64,000 bases of DNA from Squalus acanthias (GCA_030390025.1 JASTWF010000329.1:248001-312000); one strand, 5' to 3'; counted from the stretch's first letter, positions 22,500 through 36,179 are shown. Translations and numbers: made by a program. The notes: generated from the sequence alone by a model not told the origin.

Positions 22500-24713
22500 T
22501 TATTCTATGAAGGTTTAACGTGTTCGTAGAATCATAGAATGGTTACAGCACAGAAGGTGACCATTCGGCCCGTTGAGCCCGTGCCGGCTCTCTGCAAGAA
22601 CACTTCAGCTAGTCCCACTCCCCCACCCTTCCCTTATAGCCCTGCAAATTTTTGTCCTTCAGATACTCATCCACTTCCCTTTTGAAAGCCACGAATGAAT
22701 CTGCCTCCACCACCCTTTCAGGCAGTGCATTCCCGATCATAACCACTCACTGCGTAAAAAGTTTTTCCCCATATCACCTTTGATTTTTCTGCCAATCACC
22801 TTAAATCTGTGTCCTCTGGTTCTCGACCCTTCCGCCAATGGGAACAGTTTCTCTCTATCTACTGTGTCTAGACCCCTCATGATTTTGAACACCTCTATCA
22901 AATCTACTCTCAACCTTCTCTGCTCTAAGGAGAACAACCTCAGCTTCTCCAGTCTATCCACGTAACTGAAGTCCCTCATTCCTGGAACCATTCTCGTAAA
23001 TCTTTTCTGCACCTTCTCTAAGGCCTTCACATCCTTCCTGAAGTGTGGTGCCCAGAATTGGACACAGTACTCCAGTTGGGGCCGAACCAGTGTTATAAAG
23101 CCCAGGATCCCGTAAGCTTTTTTAACCGCTTTCTCAACCTGCCCTGGCACCGTCAACGAATTGTGCACATATACCCCCAGGTCTCTCTGTTCATGCACCC
23201 CCTATAGGATTCTACCCTTTAGTTTCTATTGCTGCTCCTCGTTCTTCCTACCAAAATGTATCACTTCGCATTTTTCTGTGTCAAATTTCATCTGCCACGT
23301 GTCCGCCCATTCCACCAGCCTGTGTATGTCTCTTGAAGTCTGTCACTATCCTCCTCACTGTTCACTATACTTCCAAGTTTTGTTTCATCTGCAAATTTTG
23401 AAATTGTGCCCTGTACACCCACGTCCAAGTCATTAATATATATCAAGAAAAGCAGTGGTCCTAGAACTGACCCCTGGAGAATACCACTGTATACCTTCCT
23501 CCAGTCCAAAACACAACCGTTCACCACTACTCTCTGTTTCCTGTCACTTAGCCAATTTCGTATCCATGCTGCCACTGTCCCTTTTATTCCATGGGCTTCA
23601 ACTTTGCTGGCTAGCCTATTATGTGGCACTTTATCAAACGCCTTTTGGAAGTCCATGTACACCACATCAACCACATTACCCTCATCAACTGTTTCTGTTA
23701 CCTCATCAAACATCTCAATCAAGTTAGTTAAACACGATTTGCCTTTGACAAATCCGTGCTGGCTTTCCTTAATTAAACCACACTTGTCCAAGTGACTGTT
23801 AATTTTGTCCCGGATTATCGTTTCTAAAAGATTCCCCACCATTGACATTAAACTGACTGGCCTGTAGTTGCTGGGTTTATCCTTACACCCTTTTTTAAAC
23901 AAGGGTGTAGCATTTGCAATTCTCCAGTCCTCTGGCACCACCCCCGTATCCAAGGAGGATTGGAAGATTATGGCCAGTACCTCTGCAATTTTCACCCTTA
24001 CCTTCTTCAGCATCCTGGGATGCATCCCATCTGGTCCTGGTGACTTATCTACTTTAAGTACAGCCAGCCTTTCTAGTACCTCCTCTTTATCAATTTTCCT
24101 CTCATCCAGTATCTCAACTACCTCCTCTTTCACTGTGACTTTGGCAGCATCTTCTTCCTTGGTAAAGACAGATGCAATGTACTCATTTAGTACCTCAGCC
24201 ATGTCATCTACCTCCATGCATAGGTCTCCTTTTGGTCCCTAATCGGCCCCACCCCTCCTCTCACTACTCGTTTATTATTTATACACTATTGAAGACTTTA
24301 GGATTGCCTTTTATGTTAGCTGCCAGTCCATTCTCATACTCTCTCTGCCCCTCTTATTTCCTTTTTCACTTCCCCTCTGAACGTTCTATATTCAGCCTGG
24401 TTCTTGCTTGTATTCTCAATCTGACATCTGTCATACTCCCCCTTTTTCTGCTTCATCTTACTCCCTATCTCTTTCATCATCCAGGGAGCTGTGTCTTTGA
24501 TTGCCTTTCCCCCTGGTGGGAATGTACATCGACTGGACCCGAACCATCTCTTTAAAGGCAGCCCATTGTTCCAGGACAGTTTGACCTGCCAATCTTTGAT
24601 TCCAATTTCCCCGGGCCAGATCCCTTCTCAACCCACTGAAACTGGCCCTCCTCCAATTCAGGATTTTTACTCCAGATTGCTCCTTGTGCTTTTCCATAGC
24701 TCATCTAAACCTT

Positions 24714-24984
24714 GATGTGGAGATGCCGGCGTTGGACTGGGGTGGACAAAAATGAGAAGTCGCACAACACCAGGTTATAGTCCAACAGATTTATTTAATT
24801 TTACAAGCTTTCGAAGCAGTTCGCTCCTTCGTCAGGTAAGTTAGCAATGAGAGAATCTCCCAGAATTCACAATTTAAACACAGACAAAATCTATTCACAT
24901 TTTTCCTACAACAAAGAGCACAGCCAAGACAATGAGATGTGTCCCAGGGGGTCCAACGTGTCAAACCACCTGCTGGCTGCATAT
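24714..24984 (-). mobile_element. Penelope-like terminal-repeat fragment inserted in CR1
   Basis: Minus strand reads hammerhead core, then AAATAAATCTGTTGGACTATAACCTGGTGTTGTG...CCCCAGTCCAACGCCGGCATCTCCACATC; CCTT repeated on both sides. Confidence 0.65.
24801..24839 (-). ncRNA. Minimal type I hammerhead ribozyme-like motif
   Basis: TTAC-CTGACGA-A-GGAGC-GAACT-GCTTC-GAAA-GCTT-GTAA on the minus strand: catalytic core, stem II, palindromic stem III, stem I. Confidence 0.6.
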
Positions 24985-25397
24985 CCTTATGATACTATGA
25001 TCACTCTTCCCTAAATGTTCCCCTCCTGACACTTGCTCCACTTGACCCACCTCATTCTCCAGAACCAGATCCAGCAATGCCTTGTTCCTCATTGGGCCGG
25101 AAACGTACTGATCAAGAAAGTTCTCCTGAACACACTTCAGAAATTCTTCCTCCACTCTGCCCTTTACACTATTACTATCCCTGTCTATATTAGGATAGTT
25201 GAAGTCCCCCATTATCACTACTCTGTAGTTCTTGCACCTCTCTGTAATTTCCCTGCCAATTTGCTCCTCTATATCCTTCCCACTAGTTGGTGGCCTATAG
25301 AATACACCTAGTAGTGTAATGGCACCTCTATTGTTTCTTAACTCTAACCAGATAGATTCTGTCCTTGACCCCTCCAGGACATCCTCTCTCTTATACC

Positions 25398-26925
25398 TGA
25401 TAGAATCATAGAGTCACAACGGCACAGAATGAGGTCATTTGGCCCATCGAGTCCGTGCCAGCTCTCTGTAGAGCAATCCAGTCAGTCCCATTCCCCCGCT
25501 CTATCCCCGTAGCCCTGCAAGTTTATTTCCCTCAAGTGCCTATCCAGTCTCCCCTTGAAAACATTGAGTGTCTCCGCTTCCACCACTTCCGTCGGCAGCG
25601 AGTTCCAGGTCCTCAGCACTCGCTGCGTAAAAAAGTTTTTCCTCACATCCCCCTGTATCTCTCGCCCAAAACCTTAAATCTGTGTCCCCTAGTCCTTGTA
25701 CCATCAACTAGTGGGAACAGCCTTTCCCCGTCTAGCCTATCCAAACCCGTCATAATCTTGTACACCTCGATCAAATCACCCCTCAACCTCCTTTGCTCTC
25801 ATGAAAACAAATCCAGCTTCTCCAACCTGTCCTTGTAGCTAAGATCCCCCATCCCCGGAACCATTCTGGTAAATCTCCTCTGCACCCTCTCAAGTGCCTT
25901 CACATCCTTCCTAAAGTATGCTGACTAGAACTGGACGCAATACTTCAGTTGTGGCCTAACCAGCGCTTTATAAAGGTTCAGCATAACTTCTCTACTTTTG
26001 TACTCAATACCTCTATTTATGAAGCCCAAGATCCCATATGCTTTGTTAACCACTCTCTCAATATGTCCTGCCACCTTCAGGGACCTATGCATATTAACTC
26101 CCAGGTCCCTCTGTCTCTGCACACTCTTTAAAACTGTGCCACTAAGTGGATATTGCCTCTCCCTGTTCTTCACTGTTTGCCACACCCCCAAGTTTGGTGT
26201 CATCAGCAAATTTAGAAAATCTACTCTGTATTCCAATATCCAGGTCATTTATATATATCAAAAAAAGCAGTGACCCCAGCACTGACCCTTGGGGAACACC
26301 ACTGTCTACCATCCTCCAGTCTGAAAAACAGCCTTTTACCACAACTCGCTGTTTTCTGTCCTTAAGCCAATTCCTTATCCAAGCTGCCACTGACCCACCT
26401 ATTCCATGAGCCTCCATTTTGTTAACCAGCCTTCTATGTGGTACTTTGTCAAACGCCCTCCGAAAATCCATGTAGACAACATCCACTGCATTCCCTTCCT
26501 GTAACTTAACCAAAAAGTTCAATTAGGTTAGTCAAACATGATCTGCCTTTTACAAATCCGTGTTGGCTCTCCTTAATTTGCTTAAACCTCTCCAAGTGCC
26601 CGTTATATCCAGGAATATTTAGGACCCAATCCTGCCCTTTTTTGAGCCAGGTCTCCGTTATCGCCACGACACCATATTTCCATGTGGCTATCTGCGCCTG
26701 CAGCTCACCAACCTTATTTACCACGCTTCGTGCGTTTACACACATGCACTGTAAACCTATCTTCGACCTTCTTGTATTCTCTCTTAGTCTGATCCCATCT
26801 ATTACCTTACTCTGTCTTACTATAATGCTCTCTGTCTCTCCCAATCCTTTGTTTCTCCTTTCTAATGCTACATCCTGGTGCCCATCCCCCTGCCAAATTA
26901 ATTTAAACCCTCCCCAACAGCACTA
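25398..26925 (-). mobile_element. Internally deleted CR1 LINE (APE start, RT, 3' UTR); same subfamily as 56641-58180
   Basis: CVNARSVVNKVGEL...AITETWL jumps to [36 protein letters not shown]. Confidence 0.92.
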
Positions 26926-27497
26926 ACTTCTCGACTCTCCAGCCAGGGGGAAAAAACTTCTCAATCCCCCCTCAGAATCTTATGTTTCAATGAGATCACC
27001 TCTCATTCTTCTAAATTCCAGAGAGTATAGGCCCAATCTACTCAATCTCTCCTCAAAGGACAAGCCTCTCATCCCAGGGATCAATCTAGTGAACCTTCGT
27101 TGCACCCTCTCTAAGGCAAGTATATCCTTCCTCAGGTACAGAGACCAAAACTGTACACAGAACTCCAGGTGTGGTCTCACCAAAGCCCTGTACAATTGTA
27201 GTAAGACTTCCTTACTCTTGTATTCCAACACCCTTGCAATAAAGGCCAACATGCCATTTGCCTTCCTAATTGCTTGCTGTCCCTGCATGCTAACTCTCTG
27301 TGATTTGTGTTCGAGGAAACCCAAATCCCTCTGAACAACAACATTTCATAATTTCTCACCATTTAAAAAATATTCTGTTTTTCTATTCTTCCTACCAAAG
27401 TGAATAACTTCACATTTCTCCACATTATACTCCATCTGCCACCTTCTTGCCCACTCACTTAACCTGTCGATATCCCTTTGCAGACTCTTTGTGTCCT
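26926..27497 (-). mobile_element. CR1 LINE internal fragment
   Basis: LYRALVRPHLEFCVQFWS...RRMRGDLIET. Confidence 0.9.
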
Positions 27498-29010
27498 GCT
27501 GGTGGGTGGCTGCTCATTATCCTCGGTGTGATTTAATCCCCTTTCCCACTGAATACTGCGGACAGACAGGATCACCTTGGGAACGGAATGGTCATTGTGA
27601 CATCACTTTCTAAACAAGAGCCCACAAGACAATGGGTTCTCAATAAATGTTAAAGGGATTCAACGCTCTGAAGTTACACTGTGAATAAAGGAAATAAAAT
27701 GCTGATCAGTAATGGCTGAAGATGATGATTTCTCTCTGTGGAATGTGCTTGCACACATTAAGAATGATGAGCTTTGTACACACACACACAGCAAACACTT
27801 TGTGAGGCTCTTTTCAGTTGTTGCTCTGAAGCCGCTGAGAGCTGGTGAACCCGGTGGGCATTAGGACCCTGCGGCGGCCCATCCGGCGGTGCTGTGAGGT
27901 CACGGTTCCAGGCTCTGTCTCACCCAATCAGTGGGTCCCGCCAAAGCTCAATAGAAAATACTGCAGCAAAAACAATCCTGAACATTCACAAACTGGGAGC
28001 AATCGGCACAGCACAACACAAGTGTGAATTAGTAAACTTTAACACACAGAGTCTGTCACTAATTAGTACAAAGTGCAGGGCACTATTGCTCACCTTCAGT
28101 CCTGTCCCTCAATCCCAGCTCATCTCTGGGGGATTGTTACAAGGTTCACCCCGTCCTTTCAACACAGATATTACCCACATAATCCCACATCAATTAGACA
28201 TTGCACACAGCTTCTGACAGTTATTAACAAGACTAGACTGAGGCTTCAAACCAATAAATAAATAAATAAATAAATCATCCCATCCCATCTCATCCCGGTG
28301 GATAAAACCTCAGACGGTTCCTTAGGAAGGATTGCTCTGGTTCCTCACCATATATGTGTCAGGATACTGAAACCCAGCTTTCTCACAGTCCACTCCTGGA
28401 GGCCCCACTCCCTGAACCTACAACCTTCAGCAGGGTCAGTGCTGGAGTCCCGCAGCGGGAGTGATCCCAGAGTAACTGTCGGGATCGCACCCCATGGATG
28501 TTCCGGGTTGTGTATTTTTAGTTATCCTGGTGTCTAACATACACACATCAATAAAACAGCGAATTCCTGGGAACACGCTGCAGGTCCTTTATCTGGAGAT
28601 CAAATGTCTGTTGTATAATTGTACCAGCAGTTAACAGGCTCCTGTGAACTTCTCCCTCTGCTATTTTAATGCAGACTTTAACCAATTTATTTTAAACGGG
28701 TTTATTTTAAATGAGTTAACACCTGCCTTAAAATGGTCGACACAGGACTGTCTCACATACACATATTAAATCCTCGTGGAATAATTACCAGTCATTTTTA
28801 GACTGGAAACTTAACCCTGCCGTTTCACTTTCAGTCAGGAACAGATCGCAGTTTGACACCAATCTCTGATTTGACAGCACGTTTCCAGCATTCACCGTTG
28901 TTCTTCCTGACTCTAAACACAGATGTAAAGGAGCCTTCTGTTCCGTGCCCAGGAGCTCTGACGCATGGGAGAGAGCGGCTGGGACACATTCCTTATCAGC
29001 CTCAAGATTA

Positions 29011-29361
29011 AATGGTGAGAGGTTGTTTTCCCAGGCTGGAGTGTCTAGAACTAGGGGGCATAGTCTCAGGATAAGGGGTCGGCCATTTAAGACTGAGATG
29101 AGGAGGAATTTCTTCACTCAGAGGGTTGTGAATCTTTGGAATTCTCTGCCCCAGAGGGCTGTGAATGCTGAGTCTTTGAGTATATTCAAGGCTGAGATAG
29201 ATAGATTTTTGGACTCTAGGTGAATCAAGGGATATGGAGATCGGGTGGGAAAGTGGAGTTGAGGTGGATGATCAGCCATGATGTTATTGAATGGCGGAGC
29301 AGGCTCGAGGGGCCGTGTGACCTACTCCTGCTCCTAATTCTTATGATCTTTTCTTATGTTC
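29011..29361 (+). mobile_element. Short CR1 3' insertion downstream of ZNF B3, flanked by TTAA
   Basis: RLFSQAGVSRTRGHSLRIRG...WNSLP plus 3' UTR; absent at the paralogous sites (~13370, ~52115: CAAGATTAACCTGC). Confidence 0.9.
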
Positions 29362-29734
29362 TTAATCTGCCCGGCAACTTTCCTTTCGGTGAAGAGACGA
29401 GAAAGACCAAAGTGCTGTTTGCCCCTCTCAGTGTGGCCCTGAAGGACTGTGTCCAGGCTGTTGTTCTGTTCCCGCCGTACGATCCTCCCCCCAGATTGTC
29501 CTTTCTGAGCTCCAGCCAGGTGATGCTAAACACCCAGGTGGGAACGACAAAAATCCACAACAATGTGTTTAAAGCAAAGCTGATTTATTTGACATATATC
29601 CAGAATATTAAACTCCAGCCCAGTTACAGGGGTTATTAACATCAGCAGAAACAAACCCCAGCTGTCAGTGTGAACACGATTCAGTTCAGGATGTAATTAA
29701 CAGCAGCAATAACAGCAGAATCCAACACCTGCAG

Positions 29735-31276
29735 TCACTTGTGAACTCGCTGGTGTCTCAGCAGGTGGGATGACTGAGTGAATCCCTTCCCACACTCAGA
29801 GCAAGTGAACGGCCTCTCCCCGGTGTGAATGCGCTGGTGTGACAGCAGGCTGGAGGAATGAGTGAATCCCTTCCCACACTCAGAGCAAGTGAACGGCCTC
29901 TCCCCGGTGTGAATGCGCTGGTGTGACAGCAGGCTGGAGGAATGAGTGAATCCCTTCCCACACTCAGAGCAAGTGAACGGCCTCTCCCCGGTGTGAATGC
30001 GCTGGTGTGACAGCAGGCTGGAGGAATGAGTGAATCCCTTCCCACACTCAGAGCAAGTGAACGGCCTCTCCCCGGTGTGAATGCGCTGGTGTGTCAGCAG
30101 GCTGGAGGAATTAGTGAATCCCTTCCCACAGTCAGAGCAGGTGAATGGCCTCTCCCCAGTGTGAACTCGCTGGTGTTTCAGAAGGTCGGATGACCGAGCG
30201 AATCCCTTCCCACACTCAGAGCAGGTGAACGGCCTCTCCCCGGTGTGAGTTCGCTGGTGTGCAGTGAGGTCAGATGATCTCCTGAACCCAGTCCCGCAGT
30301 GAGAGCAAGTGAACGGTCTCTCGTCAGTGTGAACACGTTGATGACACATCAGGTCCCCAGAACTTTTATAGCACTTTCCACAGACCGGGCATTTAAAAGG
30401 CCTCTCGTCAGTGTGAACGCGCTGGTGTTTCAGAAGGGTGGATGAACAAGCGAATGCCTTCCCACACTCAGAGCAAGTGAATGGCCTCTCCCCGGTATGA
30501 GTGCGCTGGTGTCTCAACAGGTGGGATGACTGAGTGAATCCCTTCCCACACTCAGAGCAGGTGAATGGTCTCTCCCCAGCGTGAACTTGCTGGTGTGTCA
30601 GCAGGCTGGAGGAATCAGTGAATACCTTCCCACACACGGAGCAGGTGAACGTCCTCTCTCTAGTGTGAACTCGTTGGTGTGTCAGCAGGTGGGATGACTG
30701 AGTGAATCCCTTCCCACACTCGGAGCAGGTGAATGGTCTCTCCCCAGTGTGAACTCGCTGGTGTGTCAGCAGGTGGGATGACTGAGTGAATCCCTTCCCA
30801 CACTCGGAGCAGGTGAACGGCCTCCCCTCGGTGTGAACTCGCTGGTGCGTCAGCAGGCTGGATGAACGAGTGAATCTCTTCCCACACTCAGAACAAGTGA
30901 ATGGCCTCTCCCTGGTGTGAACTCGCCAGTGCTGCAGCAGATTGCATGACTGAGTGAATCCCTTCCCACACACAGTGCAGGTGAACGGTCTCTCCCCAGT
31001 GTGAACTCGCTGGTGTGTCAGCAGGGTGGATGCACACGTGAATCCCTTCCCACACTCAGTGCAGGTGAACGGCCTCTCCCCAGTGTGAACTCGTCGATGA
31101 GTTTCCAGCTGACACGGGTAGTTGAATCGCTTCCCACAGTCCCCACATTTACACGGTTTCTCCCCGGTGTGACTGCGCTTGTGTCTCGACAGGCCAGAGG
31201 ATCGGCTGAAGCCTCGTCCACACACAGAATACGTGTACGGTTTCTCCCCGCTCTGAACAGTGCTTTCTGCTTCCAT
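29735..31276 (-). CDS. Tandem C2H2 zinc-finger protein, type B (B3), 513 aa, 18 fingers (first has C>Y)
   Basis: Open frame from ATG (MEAESTVQ) to HK-TGA; acceptor TTTTACAG|G at 31371/31370. Confidence 0.88.
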   Translation of the reverse strand: MEAESTVQSGEKPYTYSVCGRGFSRSSGLSRHKRSHTGEKPCKCGDCGKRFNYPCQLETHRRVHTGERPFTCTECGKGFTCASTLLTHQRVHTGERPFTCTVCGKGFTQSCNLLQHWRVHTRERPFTCSECGKRFTRSSSLLTHQRVHTEGRPFTCSECGKGFTQSSHLLTHQRVHTGERPFTCSECGKGFTQSSHLLTHQRVHTRERTFTCSVCGKVFTDSSSLLTHQQVHAGERPFTCSECGKGFTQSSHLLRHQRTHTGERPFTCSECGKAFACSSTLLKHQRVHTDERPFKCPVCGKCYKSSGDLMCHQRVHTDERPFTCSHCGTGFRRSSDLTAHQRTHTGERPFTCSECGKGFARSSDLLKHQRVHTGERPFTCSDCGKGFTNSSSLLTHQRIHTGERPFTCSECGKGFTHSSSLLSHQRIHTGERPFTCSECGKGFTHSSSLLSHQRIHTGERPFTCSECGKGFTHSSSLLSHQRIHTGERPFTCSECGKGFTQSSHLLRHQRVHK

Positions 31277-31677
31277 GCTCAAAGGTCCTGATGAATCGAG
31301 TGACTCTGTCAGGTCTTGAAGTGATGTTTGGTTTGTTTTTCCCGTCTGCAAATCCTATACTTCTAATACCCTGTAAAATGAATTTGACACAGGAAAAAGG
31401 GAGGGTGAGAGAGAACCCACAAAAACACAAAGGCAGGTTGTGAAATTGAGCTGAATGAATCTGGGAATTTGTGGGGCCGGCACTAGAAAAAAGTGACCAT
31501 GAAAGCTGCCGGATTGTCGTAAAAACCCAACTGGTTCACTAATGTTCTTCAGGGAAGGGAACCCGCCACCCGGTCTGGGCCTACTCAAGACTCTGGCCGC
31601 TATGGGAGGAGAGAGAGCGAGGTGGGAGGGGGAGGGGTGAAGGAGAGCGACTTTATACATCTGTAACTCGACTAGAA

Positions 31678-31995
31678 CTTTGACAGCACCTCTCAAACAC
31701 ACGACCTCCACCACCTAGAAGGACAAGGGCAGCAGGTGCATGGGAACACCATCACCTCCCAGTTCCCCTCCAAGTCACACACTATCCTGACTTGGGCATG
31801 TATCGCCGTTCCTGCATTGTCGCTGGGTGAAAATCCTGGAACTCCTCACCTAACAGCATTCTGAGAGTACCTTCACCACACGGACTGCAGAGGTTCAAGA
31901 AGAAGGCCCAGCATCACCTTCTCAATGGGAAACTGGGGACTGGCAATATATGCTGGCCTTGCTAGTGACACCCACATCGAATGAATTTAAAAAAT
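31678..31995 (+). mobile_element. 3' end of CR1-group LINE in the B3 intron
   Basis: Paralogous to 15078-15400 and 53929-54245. Confidence 0.8.
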
Positions 31996-32440
31996 CTGTA
32001 TATATAAAATGGATTGAAAGCCTCTACAGAAATACTTGTTCCTAAAACAATAATCTTTTACACTGTACGGACAGGGTCTGTTTAGTAACTTAATCTCCCC
32101 TAGAATCCACCTCCCTTCACAGTCCCACATTGGAAATTGTTGGGTCCCACTGGGCTCAGAAGTACTGGGGGTTAAACCCAGCAGCTTCTCCCCCCTCGCC
32201 ACTCCAGCTCAAACTGATGCAACAAGAAAGCCCTACACAGGAGTCCAGGGGCCGAGTTCCACATCCACCGCCCACCCTGATGCTAACCGGCTCGGAATTG
32301 CTCCCCCTGCTGTGTCAATGCAAGTTGTTGTGTTTCTTGTCTGGGGGAGGTGCTGCACCCTGGGGTTAATGGTGCCGGGGCCCTGGCAGCACGTCCGCCG
32401 GTTCTGACTCGGGGCCTGACACCCGCACTCGGTGTTGCTG

Positions 32441-33465
32441 AGGGATTCCAACCCTGGGACTGTACATGGGGATTCTAACCCTGGGACTGTACATGGGGAT
32501 TCTAACCCTGGGACTGTACATGGGGATTCTAACCTGGGACTGTACATGGGGATTCTAACCCTGGGACTGTACATGGGGATTCCAACCCTGGGACTGTACA
32601 TGGGGATTCTAACCCTGGGACTGTACATGGGGATTCTAACCCTGGGACTGTACATGGGGATTCTAACCCTGGGACTGTACATGGGGATTCTAACCCTGGG
32701 ACTGTACATGGGGATTCTAACCCTGGGACTGTACATGGGGATTCTAACCCTGGGACTGTACATGGGGATTCTAACCCTGGGACTGTACATGGGGATTCTA
32801 ACCCTGGGACTGTACATAGGGATTCTAACCCTGGGACTGTACATGGGGATTCTAACACTGGGACTGTACATGGGGATTCTAACCCTGGGACTGGACATGG
32901 GGATTCTAACCCTGGGACTGTAGATGGGGATTCTAACCCTGGGACTGTACATGGGGATTCTAACACTGGGACTGTACATGGGGATTCTAACCCTGGGACT
33001 GTACATGGGGATTCTAACCCTGGGACTGTACATGGGGATTCTAACCCTGGGACTGTACATGGGGATTCTAACCCTGGGACTGTACATGGGGATTCTAACA
33101 CTGGGACTGTACATGGGGATTCTAACCCTGGGACTGTACATGGGGATTCCAACACTGGGACTGTACATGGGGGTTCTAACCATGGGACTGTACATGGGGA
33201 TTCTAACCCTGGGACTGTACATGTGGATTCTAACCCTGGGACTGTACATGGGGTTTCCAACACTGGGACTGTACATGGGGGTTCTAACCCTGGGACTGTA
33301 CATGGGGATTCTAACCCTGGGACTGTACATGTGGATTCTAACCCTGGGACTGTACATGGGGATTCCAACACTGGGACTGTACATGGGGATTCTAACCCTG
33401 GGACTGTACATGGGGATTCTAACCCTGGGACTGTACCTGGGGATTCCTATCCTGGGACTGTACAA
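32441..33465. repeat. 27-bp minisatellite, ~38 copies (GGGATTCTAACCCTGGGACTGTACATG)
   Basis: Direct repeats between the B3 promoter and its coding exon. Confidence 0.98.
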
Positions 33466-33589
33466 GGGGGGCCCAGCTCTGGGGCTCTTCTGTTACAATT
33501 GTGTGGGATGTTAACCGTATGCTCTGCTTTTACCAGCGCCTTCAGGAGAGATGGTGAGAAGTCTGAAGTGTGGAGAGTCTGAATCAAAT

Positions 33590-33983
33590 AACTGAGTCAA
33601 TGATTTACTTCCCGGGCACTAGGACCCGGTTGGGAACAGACACTGAAGCCCCGCCCACTCTTTGTTCCTGTCCACGATGGCTACGCATGCGCTTTGCTAC
33701 TCACTGAATCAAGATGGCGGCCGTTATCCTGGGCCTGTGACCGGCAGAAGCCCCGAAGCTGCAAACGCGGGACCTTCAGGTAACTATTCGGGGCTTGCGG
33801 CCTGCACTGGTTGTTCATGAATCCTCCCCGCCCACTTTCCGGTCCATTAATCCGCTCCGTCGGGCCGCATCGAATCCAATTAAGCGGAGCAGGTCCGCAG
33901 CATCCATCTGTCTAATTCCACGCACCGCGCATGCTCCAAACCCAGGCTGTCCCGCGCCTGCGCACTGGGCTCCTGTAGTCTGG
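33590..33983 (-). promoter_or_regulatory. CpG-island promoter of ZNF B3
   Basis: Reverse-complement homolog of 19628-20020; AAGATGGCGGCC (YY1), CGCATGCGC (NRF1-like), GC box. Confidence 0.7.
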
Positions 33984-34344
33984 GTAATATTTTATTCAAA
34001 TACAATAATACCTGTACAACTCATCAATTACATAGTAAATCCATTACATTCATCCATCACAGTAAACAATAAAGCCTTAAAAACAGCCTTATAGTTAATA
34101 TAAATGCAATGATTAATTTTACAAATAATCAATAATCTTTACAGTACAAATACCCTTAAACAATACCACACAACTTTTTAGATTTAAAATAATAAATCTC
34201 AAAGTTAACTCCACATAAAACAAAAACCATTTCAACACCAGTGTACAAACACATAGCACCATCATAATCCAATTAAATGCTACAGATAACATTTATTCCA
34301 ATAAACCAAGAAAAAAAACCATTTTACGCCAGTCCTACTGGCAT

Positions 34345-34812
34345 TGTTCATTCGATCATTCGATCATTCATTCAATTGTTCGTTCATTCATTCAAGCGTT
34401 CGTTCGATCGAGCGTAAGTTCCAATGTGTATGTATGAGTGCGTGCGTATCATTTGTCTAAGTGCGCGCCTGCGTGCGTTCGCTTGATTATCGTTCGTTTG
34501 ATCATTCACCACGCGATCATTCGTTCGATCGAGTGTAAGTTCCAATGTGCATGCTTGCGTTCGCTCGAATCGTTCGTTCGACTACTACCCCATGAGGTCG
34601 TTCGTTTGATCGAGTGTAAGTTCCAATATGTATGTCTGAATGCGTGCGTGCGTATCATTTGTATAAGTGCGCGCCTGCGTGCGTTCGCTCGAATCGTTCG
34701 TTCTGTCACTGCACAAGTGATCATTCGTTCGATCGAGTGTAAGTTCCAATATGCATGAATGCATTCGTTCGAATCGTTCGTCCGTTCGTTCACTCGAGCG
34801 TCCGTTCGTTCA
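34345..34812. repeat. Complex CpG-rich low-complexity repeat (CGTT/CGAT) with recurring GAGTGTAAGTTCCAAT motif
   Basis: Motif at ~34410, ~34531, ~34612, ~34735 and at ~18491. Confidence 0.8.
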
Positions 34813-35184
34813 ATAAATTACCAATATTAATTTACTTTATCTTTTCAAACACACCAACACTAGACAATAACCTCAAAGTAAATTCCTTCATAACCACCAA
34901 TACATCACCATGTGCAAATTCCCACAGTCCTTATCAGAAAATCAATTAAGCTTCAAGTAAACTGCTTTCAAACAGAAAACCTGAAACCTTCCCAACAAAA
35001 CAATTAAAATACCAGTTCTACACCAGTCCTATTGGCAATCCATTAACTCATATCATTTGATGTTGTCGAACCATGTAAAGTCATAGTCCTTGTCCACAGT
35101 CTTCAGCCCTTCCACGGAAAAAGAAGCCATCCACTTCCTGAAATCCCGTAAAAAGACCAAACACTCAAATCTTCTTCTGCATGC

Positions 35185-35702
35185 TGTGTAAGTGGTCCCT
35201 GGAATTGGTGTAACAGTGTAAGTGTTCTCTGGATTTCGTGTCACACTGTAAGTGGGCCCTGGATTTGGTGTCTCAGTGTAAGTGGTCCCTGGAATTGGTG
35301 TCACAGTGCAAATACTCCCTGGATTTGGTGTCACAATGTAAGTGGTCCCTGCATTTGGTGTCATAGTGTAAGTTGTCCCTGGATTTGGTGTCTCACTGTA
35401 AGTGGTCCCTGGATTTGGTGTCACAGTGTAAGTGGTCCTAAGATTTGGTGTCACATTGTAAGTGGTCCCTGGAATTGGTGTAACAGTGTAAGTGGTCCCT
35501 GGATTTGGTGTCTCAGTGTAATTGCTCCCTGGATTTGGTGTCTGGGTGTAAGTGGTCCCTGGTTTTCATGTCACACTGTAAGTGGTTCCTGGATTTGGTG
35601 ACTGTGTAATTGGTCCCTGGATTTCATGTCTCATTGTAAGTCGTGCTTGGATTTGGAGCCACAGTGTTACTGTTCCTGGATTTGGTGTCTCAATGTAAGT
35701 GA
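35185..35702. repeat. 30-bp minisatellite, ~17 diverged copies (GTGTAAGTGGTCCCTGGATTTGGTGTCACA)
   Basis: Direct repeats; inverted paralogs at 62350-62431 and 62716-63146. Confidence 0.93.
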
Positions 35703-36179
35703 CCCCCACACAGAGGGGGTTCCTACATGTGGCAGCCCATCCGGCGAGGCCCGCTGGTTCAGGATATAAAGAGACAGCGTGCTGTTCCTCCAACCACTGC
35801 CTGGGGGAAATGGGGCAGATATTTAAAGGGACAGGGACTCCCCTTTCTCTGTCTATTTATATTTAAAGGGACAGACCCGTTTATCTTGGAGTGTCGGCGG
35901 ACTTCACTAACAGAGCTCCCATTAACAGTCGCTCACTTCTGTACTGTGCAGTGATTGTAAACCTGTCTGTTTCAGTGACTTGAGCCTTTCTAAAATGTCT
36001 CACTGTTTTTGATGATCCATTTGACTTGCTTGTTTAATTTGGAAAGACTTCAGAATTTTGCAGAGCGACGAAGGTTTCCTTTAAAGGTGGAGTAACATTT
36101 CTTTCAGAATGTTCTCTTCTAACCCTTCCCACCTCCACATTGGCCCCGCCGCACCACCACCCCCACTTTAAAACACTCG

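Larger units (their letters stand above)
22527..25392 (-). mobile_element. Long degenerate CR1 LINE ORF2 (APE end, RT, 3' UTR), interrupted at 24714-24984
   Basis: KSPGPDGMHP, NYRPVSL, QHGFVKGKSCLTNL, DFQKAFDKVPH, QGSVLGPLLF, FADETK; GDFNYP and SDH in 24961..25218. Confidence 0.95.

Noticed and set aside
32441..33465. Interstitial telomeric repeat (CTAACCCT in each unit)
   Set aside because: Only one partial hexamer per 27-bp unit, never tandem TTAGGG
32233..33582. YSPRVRIPM repeat ORFs resembling the RNA polymerase II CTD (also 54484-56742)
   Set aside because: Translation of the 27-bp minisatellite; open in several frames with frequent frameshifts
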